Source of the DNA: a virus | Direction: 5' to 3' (one strand) | Virus genome (UHGV): UHGV-0190738 | DNA length: 44,628 bases | Shown here: one piece after another, positions 1 through 6,401 of the stretch | Position numbering within the stretch: the first letter of the stretch is position 1 | Layout of the letters: the number at the start of each line of letters is the position of its first letter | The notes under the pieces: generated by a model | Database searches by the model: none | Seen by the model: the letters and a program-made list of their open reading frames with translations, nothing else | What the model was told of the DNA's origin: nothing | Position numbers and translations under genes: made by a program

Positions 1-639
1 TTGAGAAAAAACAGTGAAATAGCTGACTTAATCGAGAAATACAGAAAAACGAGAAAAATATCTCAAGAAGAACTTGGAAAAAAATTAGGTGTTAATCGCT
101 CTACTATATCCAGATATGCCTCGCACGAGATTCCTTTCCCAGAAAACAAGATTTTAACAGCCGCTAAAGCATTAGACCTTGATTACTCTTTTTTAATAGG
201 AGAAGAGCTCATGTCGATGACTGGTAAAACAATGGTTCGTCCTCTTGTTGGAAAAATAGTAGCAGGACGTCCTCTTGAAAGCTACGAGATACCAGAGGAT
301 GTAGAAATCCCGTTGAATATAGGTTTGAAACATCCAAATTCGAAATTATTAGAAATTACAGGCAATTCTATGAACAAACTATTCCCAGACGGACAATATA
401 TTCTCATAGACCCTGATGAGCAGGTTTGTAATGGTGATGTAGCAGCTGTTAGGCTCAACGGAACAGAATATACTGTTAAGCGCTTCTACAGACTTAAGAC
501 GGGAGTTGTTTTAGAACCCGATTCATATGATGAAAAAGAGCATTCGATCATGATTACCAATCCTTATGAACTTGAGGAAGTTTATATAGAAGGTAAAGTT
601 GTATGGGACATGGCGAATCCTAGTAAAAGAAAATACTAA
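1..639 (+). CDS. CI-like phage repressor with N-terminal HTH_XRE and C-terminal S24/LexA-like autopeptidase domain. The TTG start at nt 1 is preceded, across the window junction, by the RBS GAGAGGTGA at 44614-44622.
   Basis: N-terminus has an XRE-type HTH (QEELGKKLGVNRSTISRY). C-terminus has S24 signature (GNSMNKLFPDGQYILID...GDVAAVRLNGTEYTVKRF). It lies divergent from the cro-like gene at the other window end. Confidence 0.85.
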   Translation: MRKNSEIADLIEKYRKTRKISQEELGKKLGVNRSTISRYASHEIPFPENKILTAAKALDLDYSFLIGEELMSMTGKTMVRPLVGKIVAGRPLESYEIPEDVEIPLNIGLKHPNSKLLEITGNSMNKLFPDGQYILIDPDEQVCNGDVAAVRLNGTEYTVKRFYRLKTGVVLEPDSYDEKEHSIMITNPYELEEVYIEGKVVWDMANPSKRKY

Positions 640-640
640 A

Positions 641-672
641 AAAGCCCGTGCTGCGAACACGGACTAACAACC
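641..672 (-). terminator. Hairpin CCGTG-N7-CACGG flanked by an A6 run on plus (a T-run on minus); weak intrinsic terminator, best fit on the minus strand.
   Basis: The inverted repeat gcccgtgctgcgaacacggac is preceded on plus by aaaaaa. On minus this reads as stem followed by GCTTTTTTAGTATTTT. Confidence 0.3.
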
Positions 673-719
673 TCATTTCTGAGATCAACTATAAAATTAT
701 TATATCAGAGATGGGGTAA

Positions 720-1352
720 TTGAAAATGAAAAAAATTGTTTTATGTTCGGTTTTAGTTTTCTTAGGTATTGGGTTGAGTGCTTGCGGCTCAGGTGACTCT
801 TCTACTGTATCTAGTTTGGAGAAAACGATAGATAGTCTCAAGACCGAGAATTCCAAATTAAAATCTGGCCAAGGTGTCCAAGATACGTATTCAGATTCCT
901 CTACTGCTCAATCTTCTGACAAACAGAATGCTAGTGCAAAAGGAATAAATGAAGAATCGATCTATAAATCCGGTGATAAAGATGCCTTGTCAATTAAGGT
1001 GATTGAAGCTTCCACAAATCAAAGTTCATTCCCAAGTCATATGGTTTCTCTTGATGACTACGATACTACGAATATGGTAGCTGTGAAATTCGAATTCAAA
1101 AATATTAATTTGAGTGAGGATTATGGAATGAATCCTGCTGAACTAACTGCTTATGATGCCTCTGGAAAAGCATACAAAATTGTTAATCAACAAAGCGGAC
1201 AAGATTATGTTGCTAACGGAAGAAGCTCAACCTCTCAATTTTATTGGGAAGTTCCAAACGCTGCCAGCATAAATGAAATAGAAATTGATTATAGCCCTAG
1301 CGGTAGCTCTGATATTCCTAAAACTACATTTAAAGTTCCTGTTTCGCATTAG
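720..1352 (+). CDS. Secreted lipoprotein (DUF4352-like prophage lipoprotein) encoded between repressor and integrase. Candidate superinfection-exclusion or lysogenic-conversion protein.
   Basis: Signal peptide with lipobox LSAC|GSG (MKKIVLCSVLVFLGIGLSACGSG), followed by a Ser/Thr-rich linker. Its position matches ltp/sie genes of streptococcal and lactococcal prophages. An alternative ATG start lies at 726. Confidence 0.65.
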   Translation: MKMKKIVLCSVLVFLGIGLSACGSGDSSTVSSLEKTIDSLKTENSKLKSGQGVQDTYSDSSTAQSSDKQNASAKGINEESIYKSGDKDALSIKVIEASTNQSSFPSHMVSLDDYDTTNMVAVKFEFKNINLSEDYGMNPAELTAYDASGKAYKIVNQQSGQDYVANGRSSTSQFYWEVPNAASINEIEIDYSPSGSSDIPKTTFKVPVSH

Positions 1353-1413
1353 CAATTATAAAAACACACCCACTACTATCTTGGCGGACGGAGTGGATGC
1401 GCTCAAATAAATC

Positions 1414-1436
1414 GCCTATAGGCATAGGCTTATTTT
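1414..1436. terminator. Bidirectional intrinsic terminator after the lipoprotein gene.
   Basis: Hairpin GCCTAT-AGGC-ATAGGC followed by TTATTTT on plus. The same hairpin is followed by GATTTATTTG on minus. Confidence 0.45.
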
Positions 1437-1475
1437 ACTGTGCCTATTATACCAAAAAATAGGAGTTGAATAAAC

Positions 1476-2612
1476 ATGTGGATTGAAGAATTACCGAACG
1501 GTAAATACAAATATTCTGAACGATACATTGACCCATACACAGAAAAAAGCAGAAAAGTTTCCATCACACTTAACAGTAAATCTAATCAAGCTAAGAAGCA
1601 AGCAACTGTGGAGCTTCAAGAAAAAATTGATAAGAAGATCGAAGAAAAGAATCAAATCAAGATAACGCTTGGAGAATTATTGAATGTATGGTGGAACCAG
1701 CATAAGGTTTCTATTCGCCAATCATCACAAGTTAATTATGAGAAACTTTTGAAATACATACGAAAGAACATTAACACTGAAGCAGTGGTACGTAATACAG
1801 ATACAAAGTTTTATCAAGATTTCCTAAACGGGTTAACTCAATCTTATGAATACAAAAAAAAGTTTAGAAGTGTGCTAAAAATGGCGCTTGATTATGCAGT
1901 CGATATGGAAATGATCAAAATTAATCCTATTAGTAGGACGAAAGTTCCAAAGCCAGCTTTAACAAAAGAGACTTATGAAAAAGTCGAGGATAAATATTTA
2001 GAAGAAGAAGAAATCAACAAGCTATTGAACGTCTATTACAGCACGTTTCAGAGCGTCCATCACGGAAGGTTAGCTGAGTTCATGTATTTAACTGGACTGC
2101 GTGCAGGCGAAGCTATAAGCCTCACAATCGATGATTACGATCCGAATAGCAAAACTATAAAAGTGATTGGTACTCTAGATTATTCGGACGGCTACAAGAA
2201 TGCAAAAAAAGAGATGCCAAAGACATTAGCATCATATCGTGAAATTGATTTATCGAATCGAGCGATAGAAATAATTGACGAATTGATTTTAGAGAATAAG
2301 TTAAAATTTAAAGGAAAGACTTCTTATCTCTTTGTTGGCAAGACTGGCAAACCAATTCAAATCAATGCGTTCAACAATTCGCTAAAAGCTATGAATGACA
2401 AACTTGGTAAAGATGCTATCAAAAAGAAAATGTCTAGTCATATTTTTAGACACTCTCACATCTCCCTACTTGCTGAATTAAACATACCAGTAAAAGCAAT
2501 CATGGAACGCGTAGGTCATGCAGACATGGAGACAACAATGAAAATCTACACTCATGTAACCAAGAAAACAAAAGCTAGTATTGTTGAAAAGCTTAATGCT
2601 AAAGGCAAATGA
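1476..2612 (+). CDS. int: Tyrosine site-specific integrase (phage integrase family).
   Basis: N-terminus MWIEELPNGKYKY..ERYIDPYTEK is typical of Lactobacillales phage integrases. C-terminal catalytic region has HIFRHSHISLL...RVGHADMETTMKIYTHV (R..H..R..Y). RBS AGGAG lies 8 nt upstream. Confidence 0.9.
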   Translation: MWIEELPNGKYKYSERYIDPYTEKSRKVSITLNSKSNQAKKQATVELQEKIDKKIEEKNQIKITLGELLNVWWNQHKVSIRQSSQVNYEKLLKYIRKNINTEAVVRNTDTKFYQDFLNGLTQSYEYKKKFRSVLKMALDYAVDMEMIKINPISRTKVPKPALTKETYEKVEDKYLEEEEINKLLNVYYSTFQSVHHGRLAEFMYLTGLRAGEAISLTIDDYDPNSKTIKVIGTLDYSDGYKNAKKEMPKTLASYREIDLSNRAIEIIDELILENKLKFKGKTSYLFVGKTGKPIQINAFNNSLKAMNDKLGKDAIKKKMSSHIFRHSHISLLAELNIPVKAIMERVGHADMETTMKIYTHVTKKTKASIVEKLNAKGK

Positions 2613-2615
2613 GTT

Positions 2616-2637
2616 TTGCCCCTTTTCTGCCCCTTTT
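2616..2637 (+). repeat. Tandem direct repeat, 2 x TGCCCCTTTT(C) (left arm-type site candidate).
   Basis: Seen directly: ttttgccccttttctgccccttttgg. Confidence 0.5.
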
Positions 2638-2644
2638 GGTTTTT

Positions 2645-2675
2645 GACAAATAAAAAAGCAAGCTCTCAGGCTTGC
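2645..2675 (-). terminator. Intrinsic terminator for leftward (minus-strand) transcription, protecting int from antisense read-through.
   Basis: On minus, the stem GCAAGC-CTGAGA-GCTTGC is followed immediately by TTTTTTATTTG. Confidence 0.5.
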
Positions 2676-2820
2676 TGTTACGCGGTTTATAAAAGACACA
2701 TGCCGGATCCTACTTAGTTGGATTATCGCTAAACAAATATTGCTAATTGTTGTCATATCAATGTTTTTTCGACCTTCCCCACACTCTTTCTTACTGATTA
2801 TTTGACAACATTGGCAAATA

Positions 2821-2844
2821 TTTGCCCCTTTTTTGCCCCTTTTT
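2821..2844 (+). repeat. Tandem direct repeat, 2 x TTTGCCCCTTTT (right arm-type site candidate).
   Basis: Seen directly: tttgccccttttttgcccctttttttcag. Same 10-mer core as the repeats at 2616-2637. Confidence 0.5.
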
Positions 2845-2867
2845 TTCAGATTTAAGAAACTGTTCGC

Positions 2868-2897
2868 TTTACAAACCAGAACAAACGTTCGTATAAT
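2868..2897 (+). promoter_or_regulatory. Sigma-A-type promoter for the plus-strand moron operon: -35 TTTACA (2868-2873), 17-nt spacer, -10 TATAAT (2892-2897).
   Basis: Near-consensus hexamers with 17-nt spacing, followed by RBS GGTGAGGTGAAGG and ATG at 2916. Confidence 0.6.
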
Positions 2898-2906
2898 ATC
2901 GGTGAG

Positions 2907-3314
2907 GTGAAGGTTATGATTTATGATGATGAGTCAGCAGAAAAGCTTTTTTTAGAGGCCAAAAGCGTTTATGAGGATAGGGGCATGTTGAAATGGTTGA
3001 CAGGATTCTTTTTATCCGATCACACTGCAGCAATGCAAAAAGATGTTGCTGAACGATCACGAGTCAATGAACAAAAGCCACAGATGTACTCTCACGAAAT
3101 ACAACACGTTCTAGAGCATGCTCGCTTAAAAAGACGCCCTGTCGCAATTCAGCTAGAACAGCTAGATATGGAAGGTAAATATTTAGATGATGTGGTAGGT
3201 ATGATAAAAGGCTATGATGAATTAGGAATCTACATTGGTGATCAAAAAGTAGATTACGATGAAATACGACATGTAGAGTTGTACGACTGGCACAAATGGA
3301 GTGAGCTGAAATGA
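2907..3314 (+). CDS. YolD-like protein (PF08863-like). The likely true start is the ATG at 2916, since 2907 is a GTG.
   Basis: Hallmark RGMLKW..F.L..H motif, and a C-terminal pattern (RRPVAIQL...GKYLDDVVGMIKGYDELGIYIGDQ...I..I..VEL) matching the YolD family. No UmuC-like Y-family polymerase gene is adjacent. Confidence 0.55.
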   Translation: MKVMIYDDESAEKLFLEAKSVYEDRGMLKWLTGFFLSDHTAAMQKDVAERSRVNEQKPQMYSHEIQHVLEHARLKRRPVAIQLEQLDMEGKYLDDVVGMIKGYDELGIYIGDQKVDYDEIRHVELYDWHKWSELK

Positions 3315-3523
3315 ACCCTATTTTGCTCTACGAACAAGGCTATATACCTTTTTCTACATTACAAGACTTATTGTGGGATTTTGGACCAAATAGTATTTTT
3401 GAAGTCGGAGAAAAATGTTTTGAGTTTTACTGTAAGAAAGCTAACAAATTTCATGATTTTGATTATTACATATTACATTACGGGAGTGGTTTAAATGATG
3501 AGCGTGAGTGGTATTGTGAGTAG
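3311..3523 (+). CDS. Hypothetical small protein (70 aa), translationally coupled to the YolD-like gene by an ATGA overlap.
   Basis: ORF with an ATGA stop/start overlap. No recognisable motif. Confidence 0.4.
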   Translation: MNPILLYEQGYIPFSTLQDLLWDFGPNSIFEVGEKCFEFYCKKANKFHDFDYYILHYGSGLNDEREWYCE

Positions 3524-3749
3524 TGTAAAGATTTTAAAGTTTTCTGAACGTCCCCTCGTCTATTTTAAGCTTGATGATACTAGCTGTTTGATTGCTGGTC
3601 ACTCGTTGAATTTTCTTGCAGATGTAGAGGATGGAATGCGGATCGCTGTTGCTGGCGAGTACAATAGTAGGAAACAGTTCGTGGTGAAGAAATATGCGGT
3701 GATTGGCAAGACGAAGATTATGATGGAATTTGAAATGATGAAAATATAA
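3495..3749 (+). CDS. Hypothetical protein (84 aa), possibly with an OB-fold-like nucleic-acid-binding core.
   Basis: Overlaps the upstream ORF by 29 nt, with RBS GGGAGTGG. The pattern LVYFKLDDTSCLIAGHSLNFLADVEDGMRIAVAGEY resembles OB-fold beta-strand periodicity (weak). Confidence 0.4.
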   Translation: MMSVSGIVSSVKILKFSERPLVYFKLDDTSCLIAGHSLNFLADVEDGMRIAVAGEYNSRKQFVVKKYAVIGKTKIMMEFEMMKI

Positions 3750-3756
3750 AAATAAA

Positions 3757-3795
3757 CCCTCCACAACCAACTAAGGCTGTAGAGGGTGTTTGAAC
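3757..3795. terminator. Bidirectional terminator between the plus-strand moron operon and the convergent minus-strand genes.
   Basis: Hairpin CCCTCCACA-N13-TGTAGAGGG (one mismatch). It has T-rich tracts downstream on both strands (TTTATTTTTATATTTT on minus). Confidence 0.5.
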
Positions 3796-3824
3796 AATAG
3801 TTTATATTGGATTTTCTTCATCAT

Positions 3825-4061
3825 TTACTCTACAATAAATTCTCGCTTTATATTTTTAAACTCATCATCAGAAAGCAACTTAGCTATCACTTTTTTAGTA
3901 AGGTCAATATCTGGATAATATACCCCATAGCCTTCATTCAATGAGAACAAAATAATTTTTTTCAACTCTCTTAACTCAGAATTATTGAGGAGTATCCTTT
4001 CATTAGTTTTATCCATGAAAACTACCTCCATTCGTGGTATAATATTATAAAGGCAATTCAT
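3825..4061 (-). CDS. Hypothetical small protein downstream of the endolysin. The probable start is at 4016 (MDKTNE...), with RBS GGAGG.
   Basis: ORF with a good SD 8 nt before the internal ATG. No recognisable motif. Confidence 0.4.
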   Translation of the reverse strand: MNCLYNIIPRMEVVFMDKTNERILLNNSELRELKKIILFSLNEGYGVYYPDIDLTKKVIAKLLSDDEFKNIKREFIVE

Positions 4062-4098
4062 GTAGAGCTTTCACTTTTGCAGGGTGGGCTCTTTTTTA
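4035..4098 (+). ncRNA. Candidate short plus-strand transcript: an extended -10 TGGTATAAT (4035-4043), then a hairpin (4064-4092) plus a T6 run.
   Basis: This is an exact copy of a 9-mer also found at 30139 and 42296. A 5-bp GC stem with two GU pairs is followed by TTTTTTATTTT on plus only. The intergenic region lies between minus-strand genes. Confidence 0.2.
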
Positions 4099-4141
4099 TT
4101 TTATCATAAATACCCTTTAATTAATTTAAGAGGGCTGTTTG

Positions 4142-5251
4142 TTATACGTCCAGATACCAACGTGTTTCAGTTAGATCGTTGAATCCGTCTTTTGTATTAC
4201 CTTTTGGGTCATTGGTGCTTCGGATCATAATAATGATCGAATGACCTGCAACATCTTTCTGATTGAATTCAATTTGGAATCCTGCAGTGTCACTACGATT
4301 ATACACCTTAGCTGCATCCGCTCGTGGCAAGTCTTTCAGCTTGATACGTTTCAATTCTTTACCCGTTGTACGGTCGAGAATAAAAGCATATTGATTTTTG
4401 TGAGTACGAGTACTCCATCCTTCTGCTTTAATTTTCCCAGCCATTGCGCCGAATCCATCAACGTGACCTTTACCGTTTCCGACTTCCATTACAGAATAAT
4501 TCTGTCCAGCACGGTAGATATCCGTTACTTCAGATAGATTCGGAGCCGGCAGTGTTGTATATCCGTTATCGGTAATTCCAGTTAAATCGACATTACCATC
4601 CAATCCGCCGCCAACATACGTGGAAGTGAATTGATAGATCGCCACGCCGTCCATACTAGGAAATACGGACCATACAGGATATGGAGTGACGTTGTAATTC
4701 GGATAAGCAGCCATCCACAAACTATCAGGGAATTCAGCCAAGATTTGCTGATAGTATACATTTGCCAACGTGAATGGTTTGTAACTATAGTACATTGGCG
4801 TATACCCAGCATCACGAATCCTTCGCATACCGTATAAAATAGTATCCGTATTCGCTTGCTTATTCCCACTAGCTCCATGCTCAAAATCTAATGCCACGAT
4901 GGAACCACGAGGCGTTTTTACCTTCGGCAGGAAGTAATCCATAGTAGTTTTCGCAATACTCATGCTTCCCCACGTATCAAACCAAATGTATGTGTGCGCA
5001 CGTTTTCCCTGAGCTAAAGCTGAATTCACTTGACTAGAATAAGTCCACTGATTGTACAAACCGCCAGCGTTGTATCCTCCAATTTGAGCGATTGCGAACT
5101 TATCATGCGCATAACCAAATTGTCCTTGTGCTCCCTGATAGATTGCCCAGTCAACCCCTTGATCACCTTTCGCCGCATCCACATTCCCTGGGAAAATTGG
5201 CAATAAAAAAAGAGCCATAAATAGGCTCAGTAACGTAATTTTCTTTTTCAT
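4142..5251 (-). CDS. Endolysin: GH25 muramidase with an N-terminal Sec signal peptide and a C-terminal cell-wall-binding region.
   Basis: Signal peptide MKKKITLLSLFMALFLLPIFPGNVDA|AK. GH25-like N-terminal domain (GVDWAIYQG...YAHDKFAIAQIGGY...HTYIWF). RBS AGGAGGA before the ATG at 5251. The ORF track extends to 5290. Confidence 0.75.
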   Translation of the reverse strand: MKKKITLLSLFMALFLLPIFPGNVDAAKGDQGVDWAIYQGAQGQFGYAHDKFAIAQIGGYNAGGLYNQWTYSSQVNSALAQGKRAHTYIWFDTWGSMSIAKTTMDYFLPKVKTPRGSIVALDFEHGASGNKQANTDTILYGMRRIRDAGYTPMYYSYKPFTLANVYYQQILAEFPDSLWMAAYPNYNVTPYPVWSVFPSMDGVAIYQFTSTYVGGGLDGNVDLTGITDNGYTTLPAPNLSEVTDIYRAGQNYSVMEVGNGKGHVDGFGAMAGKIKAEGWSTRTHKNQYAFILDRTTGKELKRIKLKDLPRADAAKVYNRSDTAGFQIEFNQKDVAGHSIIIMIRSTNDPKGNTKDGFNDLTETRWYLDV

Positions 5252-5261
5252 GTGATTCCTC

Positions 5262-5459
5262 CTATTTTTTCGAATTGTATGCCGAGACACCTGTAACTAC
5301 TCCTAAAAAAGTAGCTACAGCATTAATTGTTAGCACAGTCATATCCGCGCCACCCCAACCGTATGCTTTTCCAAGTGTGCCAACTAAAACAGATGCAGCT
5401 GGCAACACCGTGAGAACCGCCCATTTAATAATTTGGTAATACTTGTCCGGTAAAATCAT
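5262..5459 (-). CDS. Holin (class with two to three TMDs).
   Basis: 65-aa product MILPDKYYQIIKWAVLTVLPAASVLVGTLG...VLTINAVATFLGVVTGVSAYNSKK with hydrophobic helices and a charged C-terminus. RBS AGGGGGG. It lies immediately upstream of the endolysin. Confidence 0.6.
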   Translation of the reverse strand: MILPDKYYQIIKWAVLTVLPAASVLVGTLGKAYGWGGADMTVLTINAVATFLGVVTGVSAYNSKK

Positions 5460-5470
5460 TTCAAACCCCC

Positions 5471-5731
5471 CTATAATTTCGTTAAGAAATAGCCTAATAT
5501 AGTAATACCTAAACCGATCATGTAACCCCATGACCATTTATTGTTTGCTTTAATTTCTTTGATGTCATCAGCATTGTTGAGTGCAATAGAATATGCGTGA
5601 TCCGCCACATCTTTCGCAGCATCCGCCTTCTCTCTCAATGCCTCGTAATTATCAAGTTTTGTTTCAATGCGCACTAAGCGCTCAATAACATCTTGTGCAG
5701 TATCATCTTTCAAAACTCCCCCGCCTTCCAA
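5471..5731 (-). CDS. XhlA-like (haemolysin XhlA family) lysis-associated membrane protein. The exact start is uncertain (TTG).
   Basis: Coiled-coil N-terminal region and a single C-terminal TM (WSWGYMIGLGITILGYFLTKL), as in the XhlA family. It sits in the lysis cassette. Confidence 0.5.
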   Translation of the reverse strand: MEGGGVLKDDTAQDVIERLVRIETKLDNYEALREKADAAKDVADHAYSIALNNADDIKEIKANNKWSWGYMIGLGITILGYFLTKL

Positions 5732-5768
5732 CTAAATAATTAGCCCCGTTAAAAACGAGGCTAAATTG

Positions 5769-5894
5769 TTACTCTGCCAATTCTGGCAAATCCATATCTA
5801 CTAGAATCTCTTTCACTTGCTCGCGAATTAGACCTGGTACTTGTTCAATCGTCTTCTTGCCTTTAATAATTAAAGTCGCATATACTACGGCCAT
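5769..5894 (-). CDS. XkdX-like small protein (41 aa), paralogue 2.
   Basis: MAVVYATLIIKGKKTIEQVPGLIREQVKEILVD matches the XkdX family pattern. RBS GGGAGGTGG. Confidence 0.5.
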   Translation of the reverse strand: MAVVYATLIIKGKKTIEQVPGLIREQVKEILVDMDLPELAE

Positions 5895-5931
5895 TTCTTC
5901 CACCTCCCTTCTGAGTAAATAAAAAGCAATC

Positions 5932-6045
5932 CTAATCCGCAGTTTCTGCATCAAGGATTGCTTGTACTTCATTTCTGATTGTTTTGGGAACTTCTTCAAT
6001 AGTCTTCAGACCTTTCTGAATCAAATTGACATAAATATTTGCCAT
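5932..6045 (-). CDS. XkdX-like small protein (37 aa), paralogue 1. It is below the ORF-track threshold.
   Basis: MANIYVNLIQKGLKTIEEVPKTIRNEVQAILDAETAD, with RBS GGAGGT. It is clearly paralogous to the 5769-5894 product. Confidence 0.5.
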   Translation of the reverse strand: MANIYVNLIQKGLKTIEEVPKTIRNEVQAILDAETAD

Positions 6046-6399
6046 TTATTCAACCTCCTTATCTGCAGGAACAAGCATCTCATACACTTCTGCCAAAGCC
6101 AACTGTGTATCAGTTAACTGAGTTTCTTGTTCTTTAGCTTTAATCTTCAACTCTTCATTCTGCTTTTGAATAGCTTGATTAAGTGTTTCTATTAATTCGA
6201 GCTTTTCGTTAAAGTTCTGGGTTACAACTTCTTCCCAAACATTTTTTGCAAAATTGAAAAACTGCGACTGCGGATTCTCTAAATTTTGAATAGGTTCGAC
6301 TTCCACAAATGGAATAGAAGTTGGGAAATCATCTGCTACCTCGTGTATTTCATATCCAATCGGATATAATACCTTGTAAATTAATTTCATATCACTCAC
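6046..6399 (-). CDS. Hypothetical tail-fibre-associated protein (117 aa, coiled-coil C-terminus).
   Basis: ORF immediately downstream of the receptor-binding protein gene. Heptad-like C-terminus. Confidence 0.4.
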   Translation of the reverse strand: MSDMKLIYKVLYPIGYEIHEVADDFPTSIPFVEVEPIQNLENPQSQFFNFAKNVWEEVVTQNFNEKLELIETLNQAIQKQNEELKIKAKEQETQLTDTQLALAEVYEMLVPADKEVE

Positions 6400-6401
6400 T
6401 C

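Larger units (their letters stand above)
2613..2900. other. Probable attP region: a non-coding AT-rich stretch immediately 3' of int, containing arm-type direct repeats.
   Basis: The position follows the standard int-attP arrangement. Two pairs of TTTGCCCCTTTT repeats flank a roughly 180-bp core-candidate segment. No tRNA-like T-loop motif (GGTTCGAATCC-like) was found. Confidence 0.4.

Noticed and set aside
1483-1665. 60-aa plus-strand ORF in an alternative frame inside the integrase gene.
   Set aside because: It lies entirely within the well-supported int reading frame. It has low complexity and is Lys/Arg-rich from an AT-rich frame shift. It is an overlap artefact.
2478-2756. 92-aa minus-strand ORF spanning the int 3' end and the att region.
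   Set aside because: It is antisense to int and runs through the minus-strand terminator and the arm repeats. There is no RBS. It is judged spurious.
2613-2900. A tRNA gene or tRNA 3' fragment as the integration core.
   Set aside because: No GGTTCGAATCC-like T-loop and no acceptor/CCA context were found on either strand.
3311-3749. Remnants of a UmuC-like Y-family polymerase downstream of the YolD-like gene.
   Set aside because: Neither small ORF shows the N-terminal Y-family polymerase motifs (such as DMDCFFA.VE). They are read as distinct small genes.
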